Assembly (NCBI GenBank): GCA_964016885.1
Contig: OZ024741.1
Coordinates: 88,474,001-88,538,000 of the forward strand
DNA length: 64,000 nucleotides
Source: Eledone cirrhosa
Taxonomy: Eukaryota
Reading direction: 5' to 3'
In this document: piece after piece, positions 8,601 through 19,949 of the stretch
Numbering within the stretch: position 1 is the first letter of the stretch
How the letters are laid out: every line of letters begins with the position of its first letter
Made by a program: the position numbers and the translations under genes
The notes under the pieces: generated by a model
The model's input: the letters and a program-made list of their open reading frames with translations, nothing else
Database searches by the model: none
What the model was told of the DNA's origin: nothing

Positions 8601-11600
8601 AGGGGGCTTTCGACCCATTGTTTAACATTAGCCTCTTTACGGAGTATATTGAGTGCATTTATCGTATGGATCACCAACACAACTGAAGAGTCCTTCTGAC
8701 ACTTTCTTTGGAATATATAAAATTGAAATCTGGTAATTTATTTTTCTATTTTCTAACCAAAGTTGTCAAATTCCTGTTCACAGCTCAATTTTTGTGACTA
8801 GGGCCAAAGCTTTAGGAAATGAAAATATTAATACTTTCAGATAAATTTTCCATATAAAGTTGTCTGAACAAGCACCTCTGACATTTATTTTATAAAATAA
8901 AATGACTTCTTTGGTTCTTAACTCATTGTATCTTGTGGTCGTATATGATTACTTCCCTTAGTATGTGTCACCTTTTGTTTTCATGCTACCTCCTTAAGCC
9001 AAATAGTAACAATTAATAGTTTTTTAATATGGCCATATCAAAATTGCTCTAAGTTTATAAATTAAGATGTGAAAATTCCAAACTGAATTTTCTAAAGGAT
9101 ATTGCAAAAAATAAACAATTTGATATGATATAATGTAAGCAAAAAAGGAAATTATTTTCTATAAGTATCAACATCAAGGGAAATGTTCCAGATGATAGGG
9201 TTTGAAACAGTTAATACAGGGATTTACTTTGCATTGCTCACAGTCTGTTTTTGGTTCCCTTCTAATTTGTTAGGAACACTGCTTACAAGTTCTCTTTTTC
9301 TCTGTGTCTACAAACCAGTACATAGCTTCTTGAACCTGGGGGAGCTTTTGACGTCTTTCCTATCTTTTCTTATTGTGCCGCAAGCATAGGTCCTATTCTT
9401 TAAAAGTTCCTGACAGGGAGGAAAAAATCACAATACACGATTTTTTTCCCCTCTATGTCCCTCGTGAGGTCCTTTACAAATCTTTTTCTAAGTCCTAGTT
9501 CCGTTTAATTTGGGACTTTCCCTGTATAAACTTGGAAGTCGTTTACAAAGCTGTTGTGTGGATCAGTTGGCATATGCTTTGTAGGCTTCAGTGGAAGATA
9601 TTGTTTGAAGTTGTCCAGTGAAAGCAACCATGTCTTCATCAATCAATGTGAACTGTACTGTGACTTCAAGTTTCCACATATCCTTTCAATAAATGGGCAA
9701 TTTTGTGTTTAGAGTGGCCAAGTTCTGGATTCTGGGTGATAGCTGAAATATTGAAATACTGGTTCAGTTTGTCCAGTCATGTCCTGATTGGGGATAAAAA
9801 CAACTCCCACCACTATCTGAAACGCAATCTTGGCCCTCATTTCTGATCAGGGCTTTTTGTTTCAATTGCCTGTTAGTCAGACAAATTCTTATTAAATATC
9901 TGAAAGAACTACATTTTTTTCCTTTTAAATTTGATGATTTGTTCTATTTGCTAGTGATTGAAACAAATACGCAGGAACAATTATTTTTTAGCATCCATAA
10001 TATTTACTGGTCCAAGATTTTCTCTGAATGTATCATCAATTTCAGAAAATCGATTGTTCCATTCCGACGTGGGTTTGCTAACATCATCATCATCATCATC
10101 ATCAATGTCTTATAAATTGTCGTTATTAAAATGTGTTGCTCGCTCTTTCTCTCAAAAAGGGAGTGATTAATTGCAACATACCTTTATATTCGAATAAAAT
10201 GTATAGCTTCCTAATTCATCCAATCACTGTATTTTACATTAGAAATGAGTACGCCTCATGCCATGGCTGTAGTCTTGGTTTGACTATGGATTTGATCACA
10301 GCAAGTTTTCTCATGCATTGACTTTCACTGATATTTTAATGTCTCAGTTGCAGTTGTAATAAGTGTCTGCAGATAGTTTTCCAGATCTATGGCAGCATAG
10401 CTTTAGTCTCTAATCATACCATTTTGCGGAAAATATATACAAACTGGTTTCTTAATTCAAATGTATATATCTTTATTAGTGGATAGATTGTTGTGAAAAT
10501 TTGCAATATTACAATCATGGTACTTATCAAGAATGTCTTGCTAATGAAGTTATGTTAATTAATTTTTCTATTATTCAATCTACAGGGTGAATCTGATGAC
10601 AGCATTTGCCGCTTAGCAAAACAAGATGGAATTATTGCAAAGTAAGTTGTAAAATGTTGGTTGTTTTTTTTTTGTACTTCATAATTGTAGAAAAAATGTA
10701 TTTTGGGAACATTGTTGGCTATAGGTTTTCATCAGGCAAATCATTGATTTCTGTGTTTTATGGCAAAAAAGATAAGGGGATGAATGTATGTAAGAGCATA
10801 AGTTGAATAATTGCTATTGAGTTGTTTGTTTTTTTAATGTGAATAGCATCAGTTTATCTGCAATTTTCTTGCTGATATATGCTTGGCATGCTTCTGCAGC
10901 TTTGTTACCAAAATTCAATGATGGTGGGGGCATTGATCAAGTTGAGGATGTGCTAAAACAGCGATTGCCAACCTTTTAGACCTCACAAACCACTAATGTG
11001 ATTTTTTTTTAAAAAGATAAATACATTTGTAAAATAATAATCAGAGAACTACCATTTTATTAATACTGAAGCGTACATCATCATCATTTTACGTCCGCTT
11101 TTCCCTGCTTGCAAATGTGTCATATTGTCGATAGATGATACGAGTGTAAAATTCTTTCATGGATGTTAGTTCTTTACTGAATAGAAAATTTTTTAGGGGT
11201 GTTATAAAATATATTTTAACCAAATATTATTTTTGTTTTATTAGGGCGGTGGATTGGCAGTATCGGTAGAGAGTCAGACACCATGCTTTCCAGCATAGTT
11301 ACGTCCCTTTACGATCTGAGTTCAAATCCCGCCGAGGTTGACTTTGCCTTTCATCCTTACGGGGTCGATAAAATAAAGTACCAGCAATGCACTGGGATAA
11401 TTGATGGCCTTGTGCCAAAAGTAGAAACAATTATTTTTGTTTTATTATTAATAAAACATAAAAATTGCAAATGTCCAAATTTTTCCATGGACCATCACAA
11501 TTTTCTCTCAGACCACCAGTTGGTGACTGCTGTGTTAGAAGACACTTGCTCAAACTACTGTATAGTGTAATTGTAGCCTGAGCCAGCTGGTTGCAAATTT

Positions 11601-11804
11601 TTGTATCAAACATCCATGTCCACAATGTTCTAAACACCAGATAAATAAGTTACTTCTATTGATTCAAATAGGGTGGTTTTCTCTAAATGTTTTTTTGTTT
11701 TTTTTTCTGTAATATTAATTTCTCAAAATGTTTATTTTTAATACATGTTGCAGTTTTCTGTGAATTAAAATGTTTATTTTTCTTTTACTTTCAGGAATTA
11801 TTAA
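2551..11804 (+). CDS. RPS21: 40S ribosomal protein S21 (eS21), join(2551-2600,5274-5337,7849-7920,10586-10641,11795-11804), 83 aa
   Basis: Spliced translation [83 protein letters not shown]; all introns GT-AG with consistent phases; AATAAA at 11818-11823. Confidence 0.97.
3591..3722 (+). ncRNA. SNORA13: Box H/ACA snoRNA family A copy 1 (SNORA13/snR35-like, predicted guide for 18S U1248)
   Basis: Hairpin CCAAAG..CUUUGG, H box ACAUAA 3647-3652, second hairpin, ACA 3717-3719; pocket GUGUU/GUCAAA is complementary to 18S UUUGAC-U-C-AACAC and lies 14 nt from the H box; duplicated at 4546. Confidence 0.85.
3786..3931. repeat. Perfect 146-bp palindrome, followed by a partial direct copy (3929-3973) and a 30-bp palindrome (3970-3999)
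   Basis: Arms are exact reverse complements around tttgataa|ttatcaaa (centre 3858/3859). Confidence 0.95.
4546..4675 (+). ncRNA. SNORA13: Box H/ACA snoRNA family A copy 2 (SNORA13/snR35-like)
   Basis: 5' hairpin nearly identical to copy 1, differing only at the apical stem/loop; H box ACAUAA 4602-4607; 3' hairpin UGAAUUGUUGAA..UUCGACUGGUUCA; ACA 4670-4672. Confidence 0.85.
4776..4945 (+). mobile_element. tRNA-derived SINE
   Basis: B-box-like ttcaaatc followed by cgccgaggttaactttgcctttcatccttacggggtcgataaaataaagtacc; many copies in the window. Confidence 0.8.
5274..5337 (+). CDS. RPS21: RPS21 coding exon 2
   Basis: C+[21 protein letters not shown]; polypyrimidine tract with TAG acceptor; GTAAGT donor. 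Confidence 0.95.
6484..6612 (+). ncRNA. Box H/ACA snoRNA family B copy 1 (predicted guides for 18S U1238 and U36)
   Basis: CCAAAG..CUUUGG hairpin, H box AUAUAA 6542-6547, AGAGG..CCUCU hairpin, ACA 6607-6609; pockets GUCAAAUU/GCC and CUUU/GACAAGCA each lie 14 nt from their box. Confidence 0.85.
7327..7455 (+). ncRNA. Box H/ACA snoRNA family B copy 2
   Basis: Near-identical to 6484-6612 with both pockets kept; H box 7387-7392; ACA 7450-7452. Confidence 0.85.
7849..7920 (+). CDS. RPS21: RPS21 coding exon 3
   Basis: [31 protein letters not shown] acceptor; GTAAT donor. Confidence 0.95.
8756..8886 (+). ncRNA. Box H/ACA snoRNA family B copy 3 (diverged; basal stem of the 3' hairpin broken)
   Basis: 5' pocket GUCAAAUU/GCC kept with a compensatory stem change; H box AAAUGA 8817-8822; ACA 8881-8883; AGAGG strand replaced by AUAUU. 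Confidence 0.65.
9185..10110 (-). pseudogene. Decayed piggyBac-type transposase inside an RPS21 intron
   Basis: Minus-strand remnants in correct order: acidic N-terminus DIDDDDDDDV..FRENLGP, IDEDMVAFTG, QYLPLKPTK, FVNDFQVYTGK, LLKNRTYACGTIRKDRK and C-terminal Cys-rich CEQCKVNPCINCFKPYH; frameshifts and stops. Confidence 0.8.
10586..10641 (+). CDS. RPS21: RPS21 coding exon 4
   Basis: [18 protein letters not shown]+AA; TACAG acceptor; GTAAGT donor. Confidence 0.95.
10959..11532. mobile_element. hAT-like MITE with a nested RTE tail and SINE
   Basis: Termini cagcgattgccaac / gttggtgactgctg; degenerate 8-bp flanks tgctaaaa / tgttagaa. Confidence 0.5.
11244..11435 (+). mobile_element. Full-length tRNA-derived SINE
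   Basis: A box tggcagtatcgg, B box gagttcaaatcc and the conserved body; other copies near 26797, 29028, 30191, 30917, 44800 and 46388. Confidence 0.85.
11795..11804 (+). CDS. RPS21: RPS21 terminal coding exon
   Basis: G AAT TAT TAA completes K-N-Y-stop; TTTCAG acceptor; AATAAA 14 nt downstream. Confidence 0.9.
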
Positions 11805-12144
11805 ATATGACCTGTCAAATAAAAAATTAAAACTGTAAAATTAGTCTTGCTTGTTTTTCTTTTCCATCTTTGCCAGTAAAATACTCTGGTTGTCAAACCT
11901 TTTCAAACAATAAATTGAATCTTGACTGTTGAATTGGTTTGCAAAACAATCTAGAAAGGTGTTTTAACTAACTCACTTATAATATGGCCCATCATCATAT
12001 TCGTTTTTGCATGATTCTTTGATTTGGTATATGGTCTAGTTGCTTGAGGTTAGTGTTACAGATAGTTGTCATTTGCATCGATTCTCTAAAAGCTTTGGTT
12101 CCACATACCTTATCTATGGCTATCATGGTGCTAGCTAACATCCA

Positions 12145-12310
12145 TTAACCCTCTTGATATCAAACAAGCTCTGGTTCTATAAACTGTTTTTAAAGTGATT
12201 ATAGTTATGTAAAAATGTTCCATCGTAGTTTTATTGTTAATACTCCAAACAGTTTAATAATGTGAAAGTTTATTTTATTAAATCTCTCCATATGGTTAGA
12301 AAAGGATTAA
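12145..12310. mobile_element. TTAA-type MITE, second family (ttaaccc..gata(c/t)caaa)
   Basis: Termini ttaaccctctt / aaaggattaa; related copies near 5780-6014, 22717-22940, 31845-32051 and 37724-37900. Confidence 0.55.
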
Positions 12311-12745
12311 GTTGTGATAAATGGTGTCGTTTGTTAACAGTAATCTGTAAAATGACCACATAGAAGCAATTGTTTTGCCATCTAGTAGTCCTGAGTGTGG
12401 TGCAGACAGCTGTTGATATGTTGTCCATGGCTTATCTAATCTTTATTCTGTCCTGTACTCACCTCAATTCATTTCTTTGGCTACTGCACTCACTCATAAG
12501 GTAGCTCATTGCCCATAAGACTCTTTTGTACACAGCACACATCTCTTCAAACCTACCCTTTTTTTTTATGGTGGCCTGAAGTTTGTACATTTATATTGAT
12601 AGTTATGGTGTTCTTGCACATGGCTAGAAGTTAAAATGGCTTTCTATGTTGTCAGTTTTTACAGTGTTTTAGCTCTCTCATAGTCAGGTTACCTGCGTTA
12701 TGGTTTGTGTTTCTCCATATCTCAAATTTTCTAATATACACTGTT

Positions 12746-13100
12746 CATCATCATCATCATCATTTTACGTCCGCTTTTCCCTGCTTGCAAGGGTGGGACG
12801 GGAACTGATTTTGGGTTGATTTCTACAGCTGGATGCCCTTCCTAACACCAACCTCATTTACAGTGAGTGCTGGGTGCTTTTTTTTCCGTGGCGCCTACAC
12901 GTCCACTTTACAGTGTGGGCTGGGTGCTTTTTTGCAGTGGAATAATAGGGACCCCAGTCCTTATCATCTCATTTCTACAGCTGAGTAAACTGGAGCAATG
13001 TGAAATAAAGTGTCTTGCTCAAGGAAACCACATCACCCGGTCTGAGAATTGAACTCGCAGCCTTTCGATTGCAAGGCCAATGCTCTAACCCCTAAGCCAT
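12746..13100 (-). mobile_element. tRNA-derived SINE (second family) with an RTE-type 3' tail
   Basis: Minus strand: A box tggcttaggggtt, B box gagttcaattc, central ccttgagcaagacactt domain and (GAT)n RTE tail. Confidence 0.7.
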
Positions 13101-14048
13101 TTTTATTGTATATGTCTGAATGAACACCACCATCCAACTCTTCTGTGTTTTTAATGAAGAGGACTGAGTATTCAGAGTTAGGTCTCTGATTTGAGGATAC
13201 TTCCCCCACCAGTTTTGGCTAAGCAGTAAAAAAGACAATCCATCGTCCTGTTCAGTACTAGCATCTGGCTATAAGTGCCTTCAGCAGACTTCACTCTGAT
13301 TTAAGATTACCTTCCCTCTATAACATAATAAAATTAATGGTCTGGATGTGGGGGGGAATATATAATGTTTTTAATTTTTGTTAACATTGTAGTTTGCAGA
13401 GCACAGAATGTTTGGGTTTGCAAATAAAGATATATAGCAGCAGCTCAAAAGAAAATTTTCTATCAAGGAACATGTTTTATTTTGTTCATGTGCTTCAAAA
13501 TGATGTACAATTTGGAAACAAAAACAGCAGAAGTAACTTGGAGAGCAATAAATATTACTTAAAATTCTTGTAGACACAGCACTGCCAAATGGTTAAGAGA
13601 TTCGCTTCCCGATCTTGAAGTCCTGGTTTCATTCTCATGTGGCATCTTGGACAAGTGTTTGTGCCATGATAAAATGCATGCAGTACATTTTCTAAAGTGT
13701 TAGTGCTGGTTCCACAAAACATGCACCCACTATATGCTGTAAACTGGTAATGCTAGTTCCATGAAAAAATGCATCCAGTATGTGTACCCTCTAAAGTGGT
13801 TTGCATTAGGAAGGGTATCCAGTTGCAGGAACCATGACTGAGATGGGTTGCTCTGACTTGTCTGGTCTCAAACCGTAATGCATACCACTATGGAAAGAGG
13901 CAAAATGATGTCCTCTAGCATATTTTGTGAGTGGTAAACAAAACAAGCTGAAGTACATTGTATGCCTAGGAGTACACCATTGCTCATCAAAATTCTGTGC
14001 GATAAACTAGGTGATATAAAAAAAAAAAAAAAAAAATGTATGTGTGAA

Positions 14049-14099
<51 letters not shown>

Positions 14100-14418
14100 A
14101 CTGTAGCTCACTCATGAAAATAACTGCTGAAAAAGTAAAATTGCCAACAAACAAGTAAAAGTTTATTCCTGGCATACCAGAGCAGCAAGCATTAAAGTAA
14201 ACAATGGATGAATGGGGAGGATGGGTGCAAGCAACCAGTAGTAAACGTTTGGATTAGTTTAACTAGAGTATTGATATATTGTCCATCATTGAGAGTATAA
14301 ATATAAAGAGTTTTTGTATTGGAGAACTTGGGGTGGTTTGGTATCAATGGGGGTAGGAATCTATATATTACTAAACATCTGTGCTTGCTGTGTTTTTAAT
14401 GAAGAGGACTGTGCTTGC

Positions 14419-15240
14419 CAAAAGGGGCGCATAATGGGAAAATACTTTGAAAGGAAGTTGCCCCCGAAATGGGAATAAAACAAGTTTCGCATAAATCAAA
14501 GCACAGGTTCGCAAGCTACGAGGGTTTTCTGGGTACCTTCATAAACAGAAGGAGAATGGAGCTGGTGGTGGTGTATATATATGTGAGTGTGTGTGTCTAT
14601 GACCAGTGTATATAGATCATTTATGTATATGTATGGGCCTTCCAGTTTAATTTCACATTATATGTCTATATTTTAATTATTTTTTATGTGAACATGATTT
14701 TTTAAAGCTGTTTTGAAATGAATGTGACCCAATGGGTCGCAGTGGTCTAGTGTACTACTAAGATTCTGTGATTGCTTGCTTGTCCGTAATGTAATACAGC
14801 CAAAAGGGCACATAATGGAAAAATACTTTGAAAGAAAGTTGCCCCTGAAATGGGAATACAAATGGAATAAAACAAGTTTTGCGTAAATCGGACCACGAGT
14901 TCCTGAGATACAGGGTTTTTCTGAGTACCTTCATAAATAAAGAGAACGAGATGGTGGTTGTGAGAGAGGAGATTGAAAGAGAGACGTAGGGAGATAGAGA
15001 AGAGAGGTGGTTGTGTTGTTGAATTAAATTATAACCAGTGACTTCAAAGAAACGAATACAGCGTTACTGTATCCTGCTAAATAGAAAGGGGTTCTAAGTG
15101 TGTCTGACCTGTGCATATAGGTCACAGACACTCATACATATGTATGTATACACACACACCTACATATATATATATATATGGGACTTCCAATTTTATTTTA
15201 CATTATATACATGTCTGTGTATATTTTAATTATTTAAAAA
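14419..15240. repeat. Diverged tandem duplicate of a Helitron/DINE-like non-autonomous element (units about 14419-14690 and 14800-15240)
   Basis: Shared ccaaaaggg..aaaatactttgaaag..aacaagttt..gtaccttcataaa core with microsatellite-containing tails. Confidence 0.5.
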
Positions 15241-16713
15241 CTATTTTTAAGTGAATCAATTTAAATCAGGCTTTTGTTTACAATAAGTTCCACTATACAG
15301 GTAACAGTATTTATAGCAAATAGTAATTGTATAATATTATGAAGCTTCAATAACTATTTCTATTATCATTTTATAATATAGCATTATTTACATATAATTA
15401 TTACTAGTTGTTTGCTGAGTTAGCTTGATTGTTGAGCTACAATAACACACACCACTGCTTAACATCCAGCAGCTAATAACATCCTTGAACACTTTCGTCA
15501 GCACTAACGGCTCAGGCAGACTACAGTCAGTGGTATGAGAGGCTTCCTTTCATGCTACTACTAAGTAAATGTTTCACTGGAGAATGCATACCCGCCAAAC
15601 TTCTTTATGCTACCAACCATTCAATTCCCAGGAGAGGTGGATGCATCTCATCCTACTTTAGTACCAGATCCATCTGTGTTCAACAGCATGAACACAATAC
15701 ATGTCCAGCAGAACATCAATTTTCATTTGACCACTACAATACAAGACCATGGGATCTTCACAATTATTCATGTATTTGTGTTGTTATGCACTCTTTGATT
15801 GTGTCAAAGACATGACAGCCTCCCATACACTGTAAAGTGTGAGATGCAGCCAGTAGCTCTAAGTATTGACTTAGTCTGTTACTTGCAGGGAAAACAGACA
15901 TTAAATGATGATGTAGTTACAAAACACTTTATACAAGGCCTTTCAATGTTATAGATAATTTCCAAGTATTTCCTCATTTATATACACTAACATGGTTTTC
16001 GGGTGGTTTTCTGCTAGCATGTGTAGTGTGCATATTGATATTATACGCAAGTATATATGCATGTAGATATAATACATCAAATAAAATCGTAATTGACAAT
16101 ATACACAAAAATTGAACGAAGTCTGTTATGCTCTCTGATGTAATCAGTAACATAATCCATGATACATTAAAACGACAATATTATATATAAACTGCATTAG
16201 GAGAAAATTAATGACAGAAATATATGAATGTTTATTTAAGTGATCGCTAACCGGAAGTGTTGACATTTGAAAATTTTAAAGTGAATCTTAAAATAAGCAA
16301 CAAAGTTATTTATATTTAATCAAGAATAACGAAATTTAGTAGATAAATTATGTAATATTCATTCATTATTTATTCAAAGTAATCCAACTTATTTTACAAA
16401 CGGGATAAAAAAATATATTCTGGATGCAGTCCCGCACTCCTTACTTTATTATAGTTTAGATAGTATTTTGTTAGCCTTGACTGTCTGAAGCAAGCACATT
16501 TGGAGAGTGATATGCCACTAAACTCAGTATTACAGTAGATCATCAATATATCGGTGCCTCAACCAACTATATGTGTTGCTATTATACCATACCATGAGTG
16601 CCTCAATAATTCCACCAGGATTGGGAATATTAAGTTGAAACATCACATTCACTGGCCAGCTCCAAATGTGCAGATAATATATTTTGGTTGAGATGTGTGT
16701 GTATATATATATA

Positions 16714-17650
16714 TCATCATCATCATCATCATCATTTTATGTCCGCTTTTCCCTGCTTGCAAGGGTGGGACGGGTCTTATTCAGCACAGCATCTCTCCAC
16801 TCGTCACAGTCCTTCGTCATCTTCACCGTGAGCTTCAATGATCTGAAGTCTGTTCTCACCACCTCCACCCATGTTTTTCATGGTCTACCTCTACCACGTC
16901 TTCCTTCAACTGGCATTTCCTGGCACTTCTTCACCCATCGGTACCCCTCCATGCGCATCACATGTCCATACCACCTCAGTCTCCTCTCCTGTACACTACA
17001 TTCTATCCCTCTCAGACACAGTTTCTCTCTCAACACATTTATGCTGGGTCGTTCACGCACATTTACACTGCACATCCAACGGAGCATGCTTGCCTCATTT
17101 CTCTCCAGCCGTCGCATATCCTCTGCAGTTGCTGCTCATGTCTCACTACCATGCAGCATCGCGCTCCTCACAGAGGCATCATACAACTGGCCTTTCGTAC
17201 GCAGGGAGAAACCCTTCTTCGTCAGCAGAGGAAGCAGCTCCCTAAACTTCTTCCAACCTGTCCTTATTCTAGATACTATGGCCTAGGAACACCCTCCTCC
17301 CATGCTAATCTGATCTCCTAGGTACCGGAAGCTATCCACCACTTCTATAGCGCCCTCCTGCATTTGAAAAATGTGTCTATCAATGCGACTTCTACTGTCT
17401 AATTTCCCTGTACATCTACTGCATACATATTTCTCCCTACCTGTTAGTTTGCCTGCTATCCCACTACATCTCTTGTGTACCCAGGATCTGCATTGTGTGC
17501 ATTTTATAGAATTTATGCCAGTTCCTTTTCTGCATATCGAACATGGCCATTTCCCTGACGGAATCAGAGTTTTGTCCTCTTTTCTACTCATCAACACTTT
17601 TGTCTTAGCTAGGTTCACTCTCAGTCCTCTTGCTTCCAACTGCTCCATCA
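16714..17650 (-). mobile_element. 5'-truncated RTE LINE (subfamily A), inserted in (TA)n
   Basis: RT C-terminus GLRVNLAKTK-PHD-FRYLG..RLRWYGHV..RGRP; (GAT)n tail; in-frame stop at 17283; TA repeats on both sides. Confidence 0.92.
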
Positions 17651-17667
17651 ATATATATATATATATA

Positions 17668-18439
17668 ATCAAGGGAAAGCAAATAAAGCAAAAATTTCAA
17701 AATACATTTTTAAAAATTCACTATACTTACTATATGTGCCTTTACCACCACGGTTTCAAATCCCAAACGAATAGAGAATCCAGGTGGATTTCCATTGAGA
17801 AAGAGATTATCGTCAGAATATAAAATTCCCGAGTTAAAAATTTCAAACTGGCGCCATCCCAGACTGCCTCAGAATGAGAGCAAATGAATGATAAAGCAGT
17901 TTTGGCATGGTACCGTGTGCAAAAGGCGAGAGCACAGTGGACAAGTCAATCCTGTACTGCTAAAAATAGCAGCCATTCAGACGACTAAAGGTTTCTTTAC
18001 CATTGGGGAGAATAATAATAAAAGTATGTGTTCCTACATGTAATTAATAAACACAGGGATATAAGTATAGTCCGACCATATGCCAGTGTGGTTCAATGGC
18101 AAGTTAATAAATTAACAAGCCAGAACATGTAAAATCAAAGGAAAGCAAATAAAGCAAAAGTTTCAAAATACATTTTTAAAAATTCACTGTACTTACTATA
18201 TGTGCCTTTACCGCAGTTTCAAATTCCAAACGAATAGATAATCCAGGCAGATTTTCATTGAGAAAGAGATTATCGTCAGAAGGCATTTCTCTCGGAGAAT
18301 ATAAAATTCCAGAGTTGAATATTTCAAACTAGCGCCATCCCAGGCTGCCTCAGAATGAGAGCAAATGAATGATAAAGCAGTTTTGGCATGGTACCATGTG
18401 CAAAAGGCGAGAGCACGGTGGACAAGTCAATCCTGTACT
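17668..18439. repeat. About 290-bp direct duplication (17668-17958 and 18134-18439)
   Basis: Near-identical units from atcaa(g/a)ggaaagcaaataaagc to gacaagtcaatcctgtact. Confidence 0.85.
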
Positions 18440-18440
18440 A

Positions 18441-19132
18441 TCACTGTTTTACGCCTGTTCTTCCACGCTAGCATGGGTCAGACGGGTTGTCCTGTTGTGG
18501 GCAGTAGCTGGTCAGCTGACCATACCTTGCTCATACAGGAACTGATTCTGGCTTGATTTCTACAGCTGGATGCCCTTCCTAACAGCAACCACTGGGTGCT
18601 TTTTTTCCGTGGCGCCTACACGTCCACTTTACAGTGTGGGCGGGGTGCTTTTTTTGCCGTGGCACCTCCACAACCACTTTGCAGTGGGAGGGTGTGGGGG
18701 CATATTGTCTATATGCTTCAGCTTTGGCTTGTACCCGTGGGGGGGTCAGGTCTTCTGTATTACTGCGTGACGCCAGAGGTCACGGTCGTACGTCATCGCC
18801 TTTGAGAGGTGTAATTAGGTAAGGTCGGCTTTTATCACCTCATCCCAGGTCTTCTTGGGTCTCCCCACTCTGCAGTTTCCATCGACTTCTAGTGCTCTGC
18901 GCCTTTTTATGCAGCTGTCATCCTTCATACGCATCACATGTCCATACCAATGCAACCGCCTCTCCTGCACACAGCATTTGATTCCTCTTATGCTGAGTCT
19001 CTCTCTCAATTCGTTTATGCTTTGCCATTCATGTATATTACTATTACACATCCATTGGAACATGCAGGCTTCGTTTCTTTCTAATCTATGCAAGTCTTCT
19101 ACAGACAGCGCCCAAGCCTCACTACCATGTAA
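18441..19132 (-). mobile_element. 5'-truncated RTE LINE (subfamily B)
   Basis: LHGSEAWALSVEDLHRLERNEACM..RLHWYGHV..GRPKKTW plus an RTE 3' UTR. Confidence 0.88.
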
Positions 19133-19170
19133 TATATACATTAATATATATTTATATATATATATATATA

Positions 19171-19939
19171 TCATCATCATCATCATCATCATCATTTTAC
19201 GTCCGCTTTTCCCTGCTTGCAAGGGTGGGACGGGTCTTATTCAGCACAGCATCTCTCCACTCGTCACGGTCCCTTGTCATCTCCACCGTGAGCTTCAATG
19301 ATCTGAGGTCTGTTCTCACCACCTCCGCCCATGTTTTTCGTGGTCTACCTCTACCACGTCTTCCTTCAACTGGCATTTCCTGGCACTTCTTCACCCATCG
19401 GTCATCCTCCATGCGCATCACATGTCCATACCACCTCAGTCTCCTCTCCCGTACACTACATTCTATCCCTCTCAGACACAGTTTCTCTCTCAACACATTT
19501 ATGCTGGGTCGTTCACGCACATTTACACTGCACATCCAACGGAGCATGCTTGCCTCATTTCTCTCCAGCCGTCGCATATCTTCTGCGGTAGCTGCCCATG
19601 TCTCACTACCATGCAGCATCGCGCTCCTCACACAGGCATCATACAACCGGCCTTTCGTACGCAGGGAGAAACCCTTCTTCGTCAACAGAGGAAGCAGCTC
19701 CCTAAACTTCTTCCAACCCGTCCTTATTCTAGATACTATGGCCTCGGAACACCCTCCTCCCATGCTAATCTGATCTCCTAGGTACCGGAAGCTATCCACC
19801 ACTTCTATAGCGCCCTCTCGCATTTGAAAAATGTGTCTATCAGTGCGACTTCTACTGTCTAATTTCCCTGTACATCTACTGCATACATATTTCTCCCTAC
19901 CTGTTAGTTTGCCTGCTATCCCGCTACATCTCTTGTGTA
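19171..19939 (-). mobile_element. 5'-truncated RTE LINE (subfamily A, near-identical to 16714-17650)
   Basis: ORF 19197-19973 encodes the RT C-terminus; (GAT)n tail; flanked by TA repeats. Confidence 0.92.
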
Positions 19940-19949
19940 TATATATATA

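Noticed and set aside
11244-11335. tRNA gene
   Set aside because: The A and B boxes belong to a multi-copy SINE head; no cloverleaf
11597-11690. Possible sixth H/ACA snoRNA in the last RPS21 intron
   Set aside because: Weak hairpins, no ACA box at the expected place and no paralog support
14017-14095. Poly-A / poly-T fold-back
   Set aside because: Low-complexity homopolymers with unreliable lengths and no functional evidence
16380-16461. Helitron 5' terminus (minus strand TCTAAACTATAATAAAG)
   Set aside because: No matching 3' hairpin/CTAG end could be assigned confidently
16684-19781. Plus-strand ORFs of 119-200 aa as host genes
   Set aside because: They are antisense shadows of RTE ORF2
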